The notes under the pieces were generated by a model. That model was not told where the DNA came from. It saw only the letters and a program-made list of their open reading frames with translations, and did no database searches. Of a stretch of 64,000 bases of DNA, positions 1-8,900 are shown piece after piece. This DNA is from an uncultured Candidatus Saccharibacteria bacterium. Lineage in GTDB: Bacteria; Patescibacteriota; Minisyncoccia; 1-14-0-10-42-19. The stretch is from positions 2,994 to 66,993 of the forward strand of contig CAYIFA010000001.1 in NCBI GenBank assembly GCA_964362625.1, written 5' to 3'. A program made the translations under genes and the position numbers. How positions within the stretch are numbered: position 1 is the stretch's first letter; every line of letters starts with the position of its first letter.

Positions 1-930
1 ACCTTCGATCTTGCCCATCTCCCGTTCCAAACGTGAACGTTTGTCGCGTAATATAACCAATTCTTTCCTTGCGTTTTCCAACTCATCAAGAGACAGCTTA
101 TTCTTTTTTGATGATTCTTTATTTAAAGCCGCCTTCAGTTCCGACTGCTTCCGTTCAACTGCCCGCAGTTTTTCCTGCGGGTTTATTTTACGCTCTTTGG
201 TTGTCATTTCCTCATTCCTCAAATAGGCCGATTCTTTCTCGAAATAGGCGCAAAATTTTTCTTCCAACTCCCGCCGTATTGAAGTGGCGCGCTCAAATTT
301 TTCAACCTGATTTTTCAAAAATTTCACATGCGGCTGAATTTCTTTGCGCAAGCCCTCGGCTTGCTTTATATTTTCCTCTGATTTCTCCAACTTACGCTCT
401 GCCTCTTCATATTTTAAATGATACACTTTCAAGCCGAGCGCCTCTTCAATCATTTCTTTTCGTTCCGCTGAAGATACGTACAAGATGCGATCAGATTCGC
501 CCTGGCTGATTATGTTATGCTGTGAAGGCCCGATGCCAACTCCGGCCAAAAGTTCCGCCGTATCTTTCAAACGAGTAGGAGAGCCATTCAGCAAATATTC
601 GTTTTCCCCGTCGCGAAAAACCCTGCGGCCGATCGCCGCTTCGTCAAATTCCACATCGAAATGCTTCCTGGAATTATCAAAGACCAACACCACCTGCGCC
701 TTGGACATACGCGGCTCGGTAGCCGAGCCGGCGAATATTAAATCTTCGCCTTTTTTACTGCGCAGAGTTTTCATGGATTGCTCGCCTAACACCCAGCGCA
801 TTGCCTCGGCGCAATTAGATTTACCTGACCCGTTCGGACCAACAATCGCCGTCACCCTTGACGGAAACTGCAGGGCGGTCGGCCTGGCAAAGGATTTAAA
901 ACCAGAAATTTCCAAACGTTTTAAATACAT
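1..930 (-). CDS. smc: Chromosome segregation protein SMC, N-terminal fragment; the gene continues beyond the window edge
   Basis: Reverse-strand translation from the ATG at 930 gives MYLKRLEISGFKSFARPTALQFPSRVTAIVGPNGSGKSNCAEAMRWVLGEQS. This has the SMC N-terminal signature and a Walker A motif, followed by a long Lys/Glu-rich coiled coil with no stop before position 1. The ORF is absent from the supplied track because it has no in-window stop. The plus-strand ORFs 11..226, 69..509 and 485..940 are antisense to it. Confidence 0.8.
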   Translation of the reverse strand, partial: MYLKRLEISGFKSFARPTALQFPSRVTAIVGPNGSGKSNCAEAMRWVLGEQSMKTLRSKKGEDLIFAGSATEPRMSKAQVVLVFDNSRKHFDVEFDEAAIGRRVFRDGENEYLLNGSPTRLKDTAELLAGVGIGPSQHNIISQGESDRILYVSSAERKEMIEEALGLKVYHLKYEEAERKLEKSEENIKQAEGLRKEIQPHVKFLKNQVEKFERATSIRRELEEKFCAYFEKESAYLRNEEMTTKERKINPQEKLRAVERKQSELKAALNKESSKKNKLSLDELENARKELVILRDKRSRLEREMGKIEG

Positions 931-972
931 AATTCCTTAAATCCGAAATTCGAATATCGAAATACGAAACCG

Positions 973-1665
973 TTAGCCCCAACCTTTAATTTCGAGAGCG
1001 GCTCTAGCGGCATTTTCCTGTGCTGCCTGTTTAGACGGCCCATCACCCTCGGCGATTTTATCCTCCCCCAAAAACACACCCACCACAAACTGTTTATCGT
1101 GATCCGGACCCCATTCTTTCATGACTTCGTAATGCGGAGTGGTCGCATTGATTTCTTGGGCGCGCTCCTGAAAGAGGGACTTGGGATCGCGATAAAGTTT
1201 ACCGGAGATGATATCCGGCAATTCCGGCAGAATAAATTTAACCAGAAATTCTTTTGACGCCTTAAGCCCTTGGTCAAGGTAAATCGCGCCAACTACTGCC
1301 TCAAAAGCATTGGCCAGAATATATTGCCGGGCGCGGCCCTTATCCTTGGCCTCACCTCGGCTTAGCAATAAAAAATCCCCAAAACCAATCTTGTGGGCAA
1401 CTTCGGAAAGCATGTTGGCATTAACCAAGGCCGCCCGGAAGCTGGTTAGATCACCTTCCGGTTTATCCGGAAATTTTTTAAATAATTCTTCTGTGACTAC
1501 CAACTCTATCACGGCATCGCCGAGAAATTCCAAGCGTTCGTTATGCGCTACATCCCAAGAAGGATTTTCATTAAGATAGGAACGGTGAGTTAAGGCCTCT
1601 TTCAATAAGTCTTTATTTTTGAATTCAATATTGATCTTTTTCTCAAAACCAGAGAAGTCTGTCAT
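973..1665 (-). CDS. rnc: Ribonuclease III
   Basis: It has the ERLEFLGDAV catalytic signature and a C-terminal dsRNA-binding domain. Length is 230 aa. It lies immediately upstream of smc, the common rnc-smc arrangement. Confidence 0.9.
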   Translation of the reverse strand: MTDFSGFEKKINIEFKNKDLLKEALTHRSYLNENPSWDVAHNERLEFLGDAVIELVVTEELFKKFPDKPEGDLTSFRAALVNANMLSEVAHKIGFGDFLLLSRGEAKDKGRARQYILANAFEAVVGAIYLDQGLKASKEFLVKFILPELPDIISGKLYRDPKSLFQERAQEINATTPHYEVMKEWGPDHDKQFVVGVFLGEDKIAEGDGPSKQAAQENAARAALEIKGWG

Positions 1666-1671
1666 TTTTTT

Positions 1672-1740
1672 CGCGAATCACGAATCAAGAATTACGAATC
1701 ATGGACGCCATAATTCATAATTCATGATTCATTATTCAAT
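1672..1740. repeat. Short tandem and degenerate heptamer repeats (CGAATCA x3, then AATTCAT variants) in the rnc upstream/nusB downstream intergenic region
   Basis: The sequence reads cgcgaatcacgaatcaagaattacgaatca...aattcataattcatgattcattattcaa. Confidence 0.5.
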
Positions 1741-1742
1741 GT

Positions 1743-2633
1743 TTATTTTTGTAAAGTATTAATTGCCTTTTCTAATATCGGCCTGATATCCGGATAAATT
1801 TTTAATTCCGCAAGCTCGCGCGCGCTAAACCATCCGATATCATCCAATCCGCCGGAAGTGCCCAACTTCAATTTGCTTTCCGGAGTTTCGACCAGAAAAT
1901 AGGTAACTTTTCGGCGCACTGGACCGATTTTTGGATCAGAAGCAATATATTCATTTACGCCGATTTCACCCTCGAACTCTAACTGATTTAACCCGAGCTC
2001 TTCATTTAACTCGCGCTGGGTACCGGTGCGCACATCTTCGTTCTTCTCCAGATGGCCCTTAGACAGGGTCCAATAACCAAACACATCATGCACCATAGCG
2101 AATAGCAATCCGTCGCCCTCCACTCGATAAACCACTCCGCCGCCCAACTGTTCTTGTGGAAGCAGAGAAACGTCCTTAATATCTTTTTTCCGACCTACTT
2201 CATCTTTACCGGGTTCTCCAAGTTCGCGATAAACCGTCCCCAAAACGCCATTTACAAATCTACCGGACGAATCTCCGCCGAACGACTTAGCCAATTCAAT
2301 TGCCTCATTGATCGCGACTTTGGGCGGCACTTCGGACCGGTCACCGAATAATAATTCATAGAGTCCGACTCGCAAGACATTACGATCCACTCGCGCAATC
2401 TGGTTAATTGGCCATTCCGGCGCGGCTTTTTCCAAAACATCATCAATTTTCTTTCTCTTTTTCAGCGCGCCCTCAACAAGCTTGCGAACAAAATCATCGC
2501 CTTCCATACCTGGAGCGAATTCCTCCATGTCACGTTTGATAATTTCCGGGACCTTTTTATCGTCACAGCCGTTAAAGTCCCATTCGAAAAGGACTTGCAT
2601 CGCTATAGACCGGGCTAAGTGGCGGTTGGCCAT
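1743..2633 (-). CDS. nusB: NusB antitermination factor fused to a C-terminal NUDIX hydrolase domain
   Basis: The N-terminal 150 aa are collinear with NusB (KVAINEAIELAKSFG...FVNGVL). The C-terminal 140 aa carry a Nudix box (GHLEKNEDVRTGTQRELNEELGL). Confidence 0.8.
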   Translation of the reverse strand: MANRHLARSIAMQVLFEWDFNGCDDKKVPEIIKRDMEEFAPGMEGDDFVRKLVEGALKKRKKIDDVLEKAAPEWPINQIARVDRNVLRVGLYELLFGDRSEVPPKVAINEAIELAKSFGGDSSGRFVNGVLGTVYRELGEPGKDEVGRKKDIKDVSLLPQEQLGGGVVYRVEGDGLLFAMVHDVFGYWTLSKGHLEKNEDVRTGTQRELNEELGLNQLEFEGEIGVNEYIASDPKIGPVRRKVTYFLVETPESKLKLGTSGGLDDIGWFSARELAELKIYPDIRPILEKAINTLQK

Positions 2634-2704
2634 TTTGTAAAATAAAAGTACTAATTTCTTTAATTATCCTATAGATTAATTAGAATAATTTGGCTCTTAA
2701 AACT

Positions 2705-2986
2705 TTATTGCTTCGATAACTCAGCGGCGTCCATCCCTTTTTCAGCTTCTCCGGTTTCTTTTTGCGCCGTCAGTTCCTTTTCCTTTTTCTTCTTCTCCTT
2801 TTTTGTTAATTTCGCGAGAACATCAATAACCTCACGGCCCCTATACGAGCCGCAATTTTCACACACACGGTGTGGTATTTTAACCTGCCCGCATTTTTCG
2901 CATTTTGCATATGCTTTGGGATTTAAAGCATGATGCGATCTCCTCCGCCCGGTATGTGATCTAGTATGACGCATACGAATTGACAT
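2705..2986 (-). CDS. rpmF: 50S ribosomal protein bL32 with a Lys/Glu-rich C-terminal extension
   Basis: The N-terminus matches bL32 ([16 protein letters not shown]) and has the zinc-ribbon pair CEKCG...[12 protein letters not shown]. An extra tail of about 35 aa, [11 protein letters not shown]-rich, follows. Confidence 0.85.
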   Translation of the reverse strand: MSIRMRHTRSHTGRRRSHHALNPKAYAKCEKCGQVKIPHRVCENCGSYRGREVIDVLAKLTKKEKKKKEKELTAQKETGEAEKGMDAAELSKQ

Positions 2987-3017
2987 ATATATAAAATAAC
3001 AAATAACCGCGGCGATG

Positions 3018-3602
3018 TCAAAGGAATTTCCGGCAATACGATAAGCGGTGAATTTCAGAAACGCCGTACTGTTTTATCGCGGAAGAATGCGCTTTAGTGC
3101 CATAACCCTTGTGAATTTCAAAGCCATAATCAGGGTATTTTTGCGCAAGTTGCGCCATTTTGCGGTCGCGGACAACTTTGGCGATTATAGATGCCGCAGC
3201 AATAATTGGGATTTTTTCATCGCCTTTAATTATAGTTTGCTGGTTTTGATAAAAGTCCGGCGCGCTCAAACTGCCATCTAATTGTATTAAATATTTAGTA
3301 TCAAATATTGAGTACTTTTTACCCAAATCTCTTAAACAATTTTTTACTGCGCGACTCACTGCCTTCGAAATGCCAATTCTGTCTATGATCTTATGGCTAA
3401 CCGAAGAACGACTGATTAAAAATTGCCGGTCAAGACTCAACCTTTTAAACCACACTTCCCGCCGTTTTTGGGAAAGTTTTTTAGAATCTTTAATATTTTT
3501 TAATTTAAGAAAACTTTTTGCGGCAACCGCGGCAACCGTAACCGGCCCGGCCAAAGGTCCGCGGCCAGCTTCGTCAATACCAATAATGAATCTCCTTGCC
3601 AT
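3018..3602 (-). CDS. rnhB: Ribonuclease HII
   Basis: The [15 protein letters not shown]-terminal active-site motif is present. Length is 194 aa. Confidence 0.9.
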   Translation of the reverse strand: MARRFIIGIDEAGRGPLAGPVTVAAVAAKSFLKLKNIKDSKKLSQKRREVWFKRLSLDRQFLISRSSVSHKIIDRIGISKAVSRAVKNCLRDLGKKYSIFDTKYLIQLDGSLSAPDFYQNQQTIIKGDEKIPIIAAASIIAKVVRDRKMAQLAQKYPDYGFEIHKGYGTKAHSSAIKQYGVSEIHRLSYCRKFL

Positions 3603-3623
3603 CTAAAAATTATAGCAAAATGA

Positions 3624-3650
3624 TGCGAGCCAGCTGAATGTCAGCTGGCT
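3624..3650 (-). terminator. Rho-independent terminator candidate
   Basis: A 10-bp perfect stem (gagccagctg / cagctggctc) with an aatgt loop, followed on the minus strand by a U-rich tract. Confidence 0.5.
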
Positions 3651-3659
3651 CTTAATACC

Positions 3660-3890
3660 TTATGAGGATGATCCTCTCCCCCTATAATAACTCTTCAGAT
3701 CACAGAAATACGCCGCGAGCTCTCCGAGAACCTCATCTCGGATCCTTGGCAATGCCGCCTCATTGATCGAAGCGCCACTCCTATTCCGAATTTCCGAACC
3801 GCTTATCCAGCGATCAAAAACTCGGTTGACTACTTCCTCTACTCCCGCTTCAATAGATGCACCGCCGCCACTGCTATCTATTACTCCCAT
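3660..3890 (-). CDS. Hypothetical small protein
   Basis: The ORF 3660..4025 overlaps the upstream dehydrogenase gene. Trimming to the internal Met (MGVIDSSGGG...) removes the overlap. No recognisable motif was found. Confidence 0.3.
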   Translation of the reverse strand: MGVIDSSGGGASIEAGVEEVVNRVFDRWISGSEIRNRSGASINEAALPRIRDEVLGELAAYFCDLKSYYRGRGSSS

Positions 3891-3960
3891 ATACTGCCCC
3901 CCTTTTAAAATCGATAATATTATAATACACCTTTTTATAAAAGTTGTCAACCGAGCTTGG

Positions 3961-4854
3961 TCAAGAAAATTTACGGAAATTCTGCTTTTTATTTTTAAGC
4001 CATTCCTGATCATGCATGCTGACATCTTCGGGAGTAAGCCCCTGTGTAGCTAAAATTGCTTCGTTGAATTTGCGATCGCGGTGGAATAAGGCGGCGGCTT
4101 CCGCAAGCCCGCAATTTTCGAGATGAGAAATTAAAGCGTCGGTGTCTTTTACGAAACAAAATCCGCCGTATCCGCGGTAACCACCGTGGTGTACATCAAG
4201 ATGCGAGTGTCCAATCCGTGAGTCAGCGCCAACTGCTTTACGAATATTCTCGAAATCGGCTTGATGGTACTTTGCTAAATCATAAACGGCATTAGCAAAG
4301 GTAATTTTTCTTGCCAAAAAGACATTCGCGGCATATTTTACGATTTCAGCTTCGGTCGCGCTCAAATTTAATGCGTTAGACGGCGACGCGAGCGGCGCTT
4401 TCGGCAAAAGCGATAAAACAATCGCGGCTGCCTCGCGACTGCCCAAAGTCCATCCAACCAATTGCCGCTCGGGCTTGATAAAATCCTGCCAAGCGGACTT
4501 TTCGGTGAGAAACTCCGGATTAAAAAATAGTTTGTGCTTTGGGTTAGCTTTTTGTAAACTTTCGGTAGTTCCGGGAGGTACAGTTGATTTTATAACCACA
4601 ATCTTAGAACCGCCTATTCCGGCTACTGCTTCCTCAACTATTGAAGTATCGGCAGAACCGTCTGCCCAACGCGGGCTTGGCACGCAAATGAAAATTACAT
4701 CGGCGCGATTAATATCGTCGGAAAATCGTTTGGCCGGATCTTTATCGTACAAAAACAAATTGCGCCCATGTTCATATGCCTTATCCTCGAACCATTTCTT
4801 AAGCGGCCCACCAACCATTCCGACCCCCACTATGCCGACTTTATATTTCATCAT
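3961..4854 (-). CDS. UDP-glucose/GDP-mannose dehydrogenase family protein, short form lacking the usual C-terminal nucleotide-sugar-binding domain
   Basis: An N-terminal Rossmann motif (KVGIVGVGMVGGPL) and the catalytic-Cys motif GGFCFVKD (compare GGSCFPKD in UGDH) are present. The start is trimmed to MMKYK. The protein is only about 297 aa. Confidence 0.65.
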   Translation of the reverse strand: MMKYKVGIVGVGMVGGPLKKWFEDKAYEHGRNLFLYDKDPAKRFSDDINRADVIFICVPSPRWADGSADTSIVEEAVAGIGGSKIVVIKSTVPPGTTESLQKANPKHKLFFNPEFLTEKSAWQDFIKPERQLVGWTLGSREAAAIVLSLLPKAPLASPSNALNLSATEAEIVKYAANVFLARKITFANAVYDLAKYHQADFENIRKAVGADSRIGHSHLDVHHGGYRGYGGFCFVKDTDALISHLENCGLAEAAALFHRDRKFNEAILATQGLTPEDVSMHDQEWLKNKKQNFRKFS

Positions 4855-4879
4855 ATTGAATATAATATTCCAAAATAAA

Positions 4880-4910
4880 TGCAAAAAAAAGAGGCTGGAT
4901 TAACCAGCCC
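4880..4910 (-). terminator. Rho-independent terminator downstream of NeuB paralog 1
   Basis: A ggctgg / ccagcc stem preceded on the plus strand by an A8 run, which gives a U-run on the minus strand. Confidence 0.6.
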
Positions 4911-4917
4911 CAATACT

Positions 4918-5928
4918 CTATTCAATATCTGTCCATCGGATAATGCTGTCTTCGGTTATGTTATGTTTGGCCCTCTGCCCAATAACTTTATAAAGAAACT
5001 TAGCCGGGATGCCGTCATATAGCGGCCGCTTGGTTGATATGTCTTCGACGCCAATAATTTTTCCGGCAGGGACATCCTTAACAGTCACTACGGCATGACG
5101 CGCCCATTCGATAATAGGTCGTTCCTCGGAGAAAATTATCTTTACATTACCGCGAGCTTTCTCAATTTTTCGTACGCCATCTACAAGCATTTTGAATTCG
5201 TGCCGCTCCAATGAAACTTTGTGATCGCTGGTTCCTACGGTATTTCTATTCAAGGTGTAATGCTTCTCGATCAACGAAACACCATACGGCACTGCCGCAA
5301 TCGCAGAGAATATTTCCGGAGTATGATCAGACAACCCCACCGCCACTCCATAACGTTCTCTCATTTTAGGAATGACCCCCAAGTTAAGCCGCTCATAAGG
5401 CGTCGGATAAATCGATATGCAATGAACCAACATAAACGGGGTGCCATATGACCCGACAAGCTCAACTGTCTCGGTTATCTCCTGATATCCGCTCATGCCG
5501 GTGGAAATAATCATTGGCTTGCCTTTTCTGGCAATGTGCTCGATGAACGGTAAATCGGTCATTTCGCCCGAGCCGATTTTGAACGCATCAACACCGATTT
5601 CTTCCAATTGGTCAGCGGCCTTACGCGAAAACGGCGTACACAAAAAGTAAAGTCCTTTTGTTTCAGCATAGCTCTTAAGGTCGGCCAATTGACCGATTGA
5701 TAACGAACGCTTCCCCTGCATGAAGAATTTAGGATGAGAACGAATCATCTCCTCTCTCGGGATATGCAGTTGGAACTTCACTGCGTCAACGCCGGTACTT
5801 TCGATTTCGTCAATCATCCGCTTGGCAACTTCAAAACTGCCTTCATGAGTATTGGCAACTTCGGCTACAATAAACACCGGCTCGAAATCACCAACGAGTT
5901 TCCTGCCGAGCCTGATTCGCTTTAACAC
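4918..5928 (-). CDS. NeuB-family nonulosonic acid synthase (N-acetylneuraminate/KDN/pseudaminate synthase-like), paralog 1
   Basis: It has a PEP-condensing TIM barrel (FIVAEVANTHEGS, KFQ) and a C-terminal SAF domain. Length is 336 aa. Confidence 0.85.
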   Translation of the reverse strand: MLKRIRLGRKLVGDFEPVFIVAEVANTHEGSFEVAKRMIDEIESTGVDAVKFQLHIPREEMIRSHPKFFMQGKRSLSIGQLADLKSYAETKGLYFLCTPFSRKAADQLEEIGVDAFKIGSGEMTDLPFIEHIARKGKPMIISTGMSGYQEITETVELVGSYGTPFMLVHCISIYPTPYERLNLGVIPKMRERYGVAVGLSDHTPEIFSAIAAVPYGVSLIEKHYTLNRNTVGTSDHKVSLERHEFKMLVDGVRKIEKARGNVKIIFSEERPIIEWARHAVVTVKDVPAGKIIGVEDISTKRPLYDGIPAKFLYKVIGQRAKHNITEDSIIRWTDIE

Positions 5929-5931
5929 TGT

Positions 5932-6810
5932 TTAATCCTCCTTGATGAGTAGTTTGTCCTTGGCATAATACCCGACACCAATCATCCCGGCCTTATTGCC
6001 GTAGCGAGCTTTTCTGACTTTGATCGGTTTACCGCTAAGACCCCTAACTTTTTTTTCAAGTTCTCGTTTGTAAAATGGAAAAAGCAATTCGGTAATGCCG
6101 CCACCCATAACAACCGTACTAATATCGAGCAAATTCACTGCGTTCTGAACGGCTAAAACAAAATAGGGGAATTCGTCGGCTTGCGCCTGCCACAGCCGCT
6201 GGAGCTTCTCTGTTTTAAGTTCGGGGATACTCAGACTTAAATTAAGCGCGATCGCCCGGCCCGAACATAGATCTTCGATGCTGTAGTAATATCTTTCGCG
6301 AGAATCATAAATTTTTCCGATGCCGAATTCCCCGGCAAAACCAAGTTCTCCCTCTACAAGTTGCCCGTCAAGAACTACTCCTCCTCCTATTCCAGTTCCA
6401 ATGGCTAAGAACAAAAAGTTCTTAGGCGCATTCCGGCTTGAAGATAACTCGCAATAGGCCGCCGCGGAAACGTCATTAAGCGCGATTACCTGCCATTGCG
6501 TGAGCGACCCGATTTTTTGGAAATCAAGTCTCTTTATAAATTGAAACGGTCTCCAAGCCACCACCTTATAATCTCTAGTGATGCCCCCAGTGCAGGCAAA
6601 AGCCAGAGCGCTTATGGCATTGTCGTAAGAATGGATCGTCTCCACCAAGAAATTTTCAAATTTCTTTTTATCAGTAAAAGGAGTAGTAGAGGCCGCGTCC
6701 AGATATTTAAACCGATAATCATCCGGACTAAAAAGCCCCGACTTTACCGAGGTCCCGCCAATGTCAAAACAGAGAATTGGTCGGTCATCAACCAGCACGC
6801 CAACCTCCAA
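5932..6810 (-). CDS. ROK/glucokinase-like ASKHA sugar kinase, candidate ManNAc or hexose 6-kinase
   Basis: A phosphate-1 motif (CFDIGGTSVKSG) and a ROK-like motif (LAIGTGIGGGVVLDGQLVEGELGFAGEFG) are present. No obvious CxCGxxGC zinc motif was found. Confidence 0.65.
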   Translation of the reverse strand: MEVGVLVDDRPILCFDIGGTSVKSGLFSPDDYRFKYLDAASTTPFTDKKKFENFLVETIHSYDNAISALAFACTGGITRDYKVVAWRPFQFIKRLDFQKIGSLTQWQVIALNDVSAAAYCELSSSRNAPKNFLFLAIGTGIGGGVVLDGQLVEGELGFAGEFGIGKIYDSRERYYYSIEDLCSGRAIALNLSLSIPELKTEKLQRLWQAQADEFPYFVLAVQNAVNLLDISTVVMGGGITELLFPFYKRELEKKVRGLSGKPIKVRKARYGNKAGMIGVGYYAKDKLLIKED

Positions 6811-6856
6811 TCAAACCGCATCAAGGCTCAATTTCTGCAAATAGTATAACTTATAT

Positions 6857-7570
6857 CTAGATGTTTTTCAACGCGCGCTCGGCTAAAGACCAATCTTCCG
6901 GTTCATCAACATCAACGGCATATTTTGCATCTATTATATATGGCGCCACATGCTCACCGAAAAAATTAGGTTCGGTTTCATCAAATATAAAATGAGTTTT
7001 TAACAAATAAATGGAAGTATTATTCCAATATGCTTTTGGCACAGCTTGACGCGGAACGATTCTATTTCTTACCGGATTGCCGTTGAAAAGCTGGAGCCCG
7101 CCTTTTTCATTGACTACCATCGCGCGGTGCGGACTAAAATGAACCGGCATTTCCGAAATTCCCAGGACCGAATCAGCGCCGCTATTTAAAAATAATTCTA
7201 CTGCCTCCTTGATGTGAAAATCCTGACGCAATGGCGAAGTCGGTTGCAGAATCATTACCGCATCCGGCCCATAGTTTTCATTCTCTGCGAGCCACTTGAG
7301 CGCATGTTGAACCACCGGCATGGTTGGCGTATCGTCTTTGGCCAGTTCGGCCGGCCGCATAAACGGGACTTCACAGCCATTTTGCTTAGCAACTTTCGCA
7401 ATAGCCTCATCGTCAGTAGTTAAAATAATCCGGTCAAGTGAAGCGGATTTTTTCGCGGCCTCAATGGTATAAACAACAAGGGGCTTTCCGGAGAGTAATT
7501 TTATGTTTTTACCCGGGATACCTTTTGATCCACCGCGCGCAGTGATAATGCCCAAAATTTTAGGATTCAT
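6857..7570 (-). CDS. Acylneuraminate cytidylyltransferase (CMP-NulO synthetase) family, paralog 1
   Basis: It has the ITARGGSKGIPGKN N-terminal motif and the PTSPLR motif, both typical of CMP-NeuAc and CMP-KDO synthetases. Confidence 0.85.
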   Translation of the reverse strand: MNPKILGIITARGGSKGIPGKNIKLLSGKPLVVYTIEAAKKSASLDRIILTTDDEAIAKVAKQNGCEVPFMRPAELAKDDTPTMPVVQHALKWLAENENYGPDAVMILQPTSPLRQDFHIKEAVELFLNSGADSVLGISEMPVHFSPHRAMVVNEKGGLQLFNGNPVRNRIVPRQAVPKAYWNNTSIYLLKTHFIFDETEPNFFGEHVAPYIIDAKYAVDVDEPEDWSLAERALKNI

Positions 7571-8729
7571 GAAACACTTTTTGTGTATAAAGTGGAATTT
7601 TACTTAAAATTCTTACAATATTTTCGCTTGTATTTGGTTTAAAATAGCCTTTAAAGCCGGGATATTTGCCATGCCGAAGCTGATATTTGATGGCGTCCGC
7701 AATTTTGGCTGAACCGTAATCTCCATCCACGTCGATCACGCTTGGAGCGCGCAAACGTCCGGCCTGGCGGCTACCGATATTTACCGTCGGCACACCCAAA
7801 AATGACGCTTCTTTTATTCCGGATGAAGAATTGCCAACAACAATCGCAGCCTTTCTCAAAAGCGCCACAAAGTCATCCGGCAATAAATCAATCATAAATC
7901 TTATATTCACTCCGGTGTCTCCGGATTTTTGGTCGTGAATTTCGCGTAACCTACGGGACATATCGGCAGTCCCGGCATCAATATTTGGCCAAAACCATAC
8001 CGCTGACAATTTAGCTCTAACTAATGCGTCGTATATCGCTTCAACTCCCCGCACATGATCGGCTTCGCTGGTTACCGGGTGAAACATCACCAGCGCAAAA
8101 GGTTTTTCGATGTCAACATTACCGCCCACTCCGCGTAAATTAGCGTATTCGGAAGTAATTTTTTTATTGGAATTTTTTATAAATTCTAAATCCGGCGAAC
8201 CGACATTAAAAACCATTTTAGGATTTTCGCCCATTTGAATCACATGTCTACGAGCCGCGTCATTGGTTACAAAATGAATATGCGAAAGTTTGGTTATCGC
8301 ATGCCTGACGCTTTCGTCAATGCTTCCCGTAACATCGCCCCCTTCAATGTGCGCGATAGTTTTATTAAGGTATGCGGCAGACATGGCCAGCGCCAGTTGT
8401 TCAAATCTGTCACCATGAATCAAAACTATATCCGGATTTAACTTTTCAAAAATATTTGAGGTTTCCAGGGCGATCAAAGCGGCAGTTTTTGCCATAGCTG
8501 CATGGTTGCCGCCTTCAATAACATTTAATAAACGCTCTTTAATATTGAAATTGGCGGCCTCAACATCGGCAAGAGCCTTCTCGCCGTAGCGCTCCAGCAT
8601 TATCGAGCCGCCTAAAATAACCTGCGGTTCAATTCTTGGATTTTTATGCAGTCGGGTCAACAACAATTTTATCCGCGCGTAATATGAGCGGCTCAATATC
8701 GGAATGCAAATTTTTCTCTTTTCGGCCAT
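7560..8729 (-). CDS. neuC: UDP-N-acetylglucosamine 2-epimerase, NeuC-like (hydrolysing type)
   Basis: A 389-aa GT-B epimerase fold with an HIEGG motif and wecB/neuC family architecture. It is in an operon with the CMP-NulO synthetase and NeuB genes. Confidence 0.75.
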   Translation of the reverse strand: MAEKRKICIPILSRSYYARIKLLLTRLHKNPRIEPQVILGGSIMLERYGEKALADVEAANFNIKERLLNVIEGGNHAAMAKTAALIALETSNIFEKLNPDIVLIHGDRFEQLALAMSAAYLNKTIAHIEGGDVTGSIDESVRHAITKLSHIHFVTNDAARRHVIQMGENPKMVFNVGSPDLEFIKNSNKKITSEYANLRGVGGNVDIEKPFALVMFHPVTSEADHVRGVEAIYDALVRAKLSAVWFWPNIDAGTADMSRRLREIHDQKSGDTGVNIRFMIDLLPDDFVALLRKAAIVVGNSSSGIKEASFLGVPTVNIGSRQAGRLRAPSVIDVDGDYGSAKIADAIKYQLRHGKYPGFKGYFKPNTSENIVRILSKIPLYTQKVFHES

Positions 8730-8811
8730 AACTTGACAATATGATTATATTTCAGCGAAATCTTCGTTATTTTCGTTATAATTAACTTACAATAAAAAAA
8801 CGTGAACCGCA

Positions 8812-8846
8812 ATAAAGAAAAGGCGGCTTGTCTGCTCAAGCCGCCT
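8812..8846 (-). terminator. Rho-independent terminator
   Basis: A 9-bp stem (aggcggctt / aagccgcct) with an 8-nt loop. It is flanked on the plus strand by aaagaaaa, giving a U-tract on the minus strand. Confidence 0.65.
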
Positions 8847-8853
8847 CTAGTGT

Positions 8854-8893
8854 TAAACCTAGGAGGTTTAACTATTAGACCTCCGAGGTTTAA
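8854..8893. repeat. REP-like imperfect palindromic element, family 1, copy A
   Basis: ttaaacctaggaggtttaa-ctat-tagacctccgaggtttaa. It shares the 5' 8 nt and the 3' 18 nt with the copy at 16387..16427. It lies immediately 3' of a minus-strand gene stop and before a canonical terminator. Confidence 0.7.
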
Positions 8894-8900
8894 TATGTAT

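Noticed and set aside
11-940. Three plus-strand ORFs (11..226, 69..509, 485..940) with low-complexity, Ser/Pro/Phe-rich translations
   Set aside because: They are antisense to the minus-strand SMC N-terminal coding region, which runs off the window edge. The SMC reading frame has canonical motifs, so the plus-strand ORFs are spurious.
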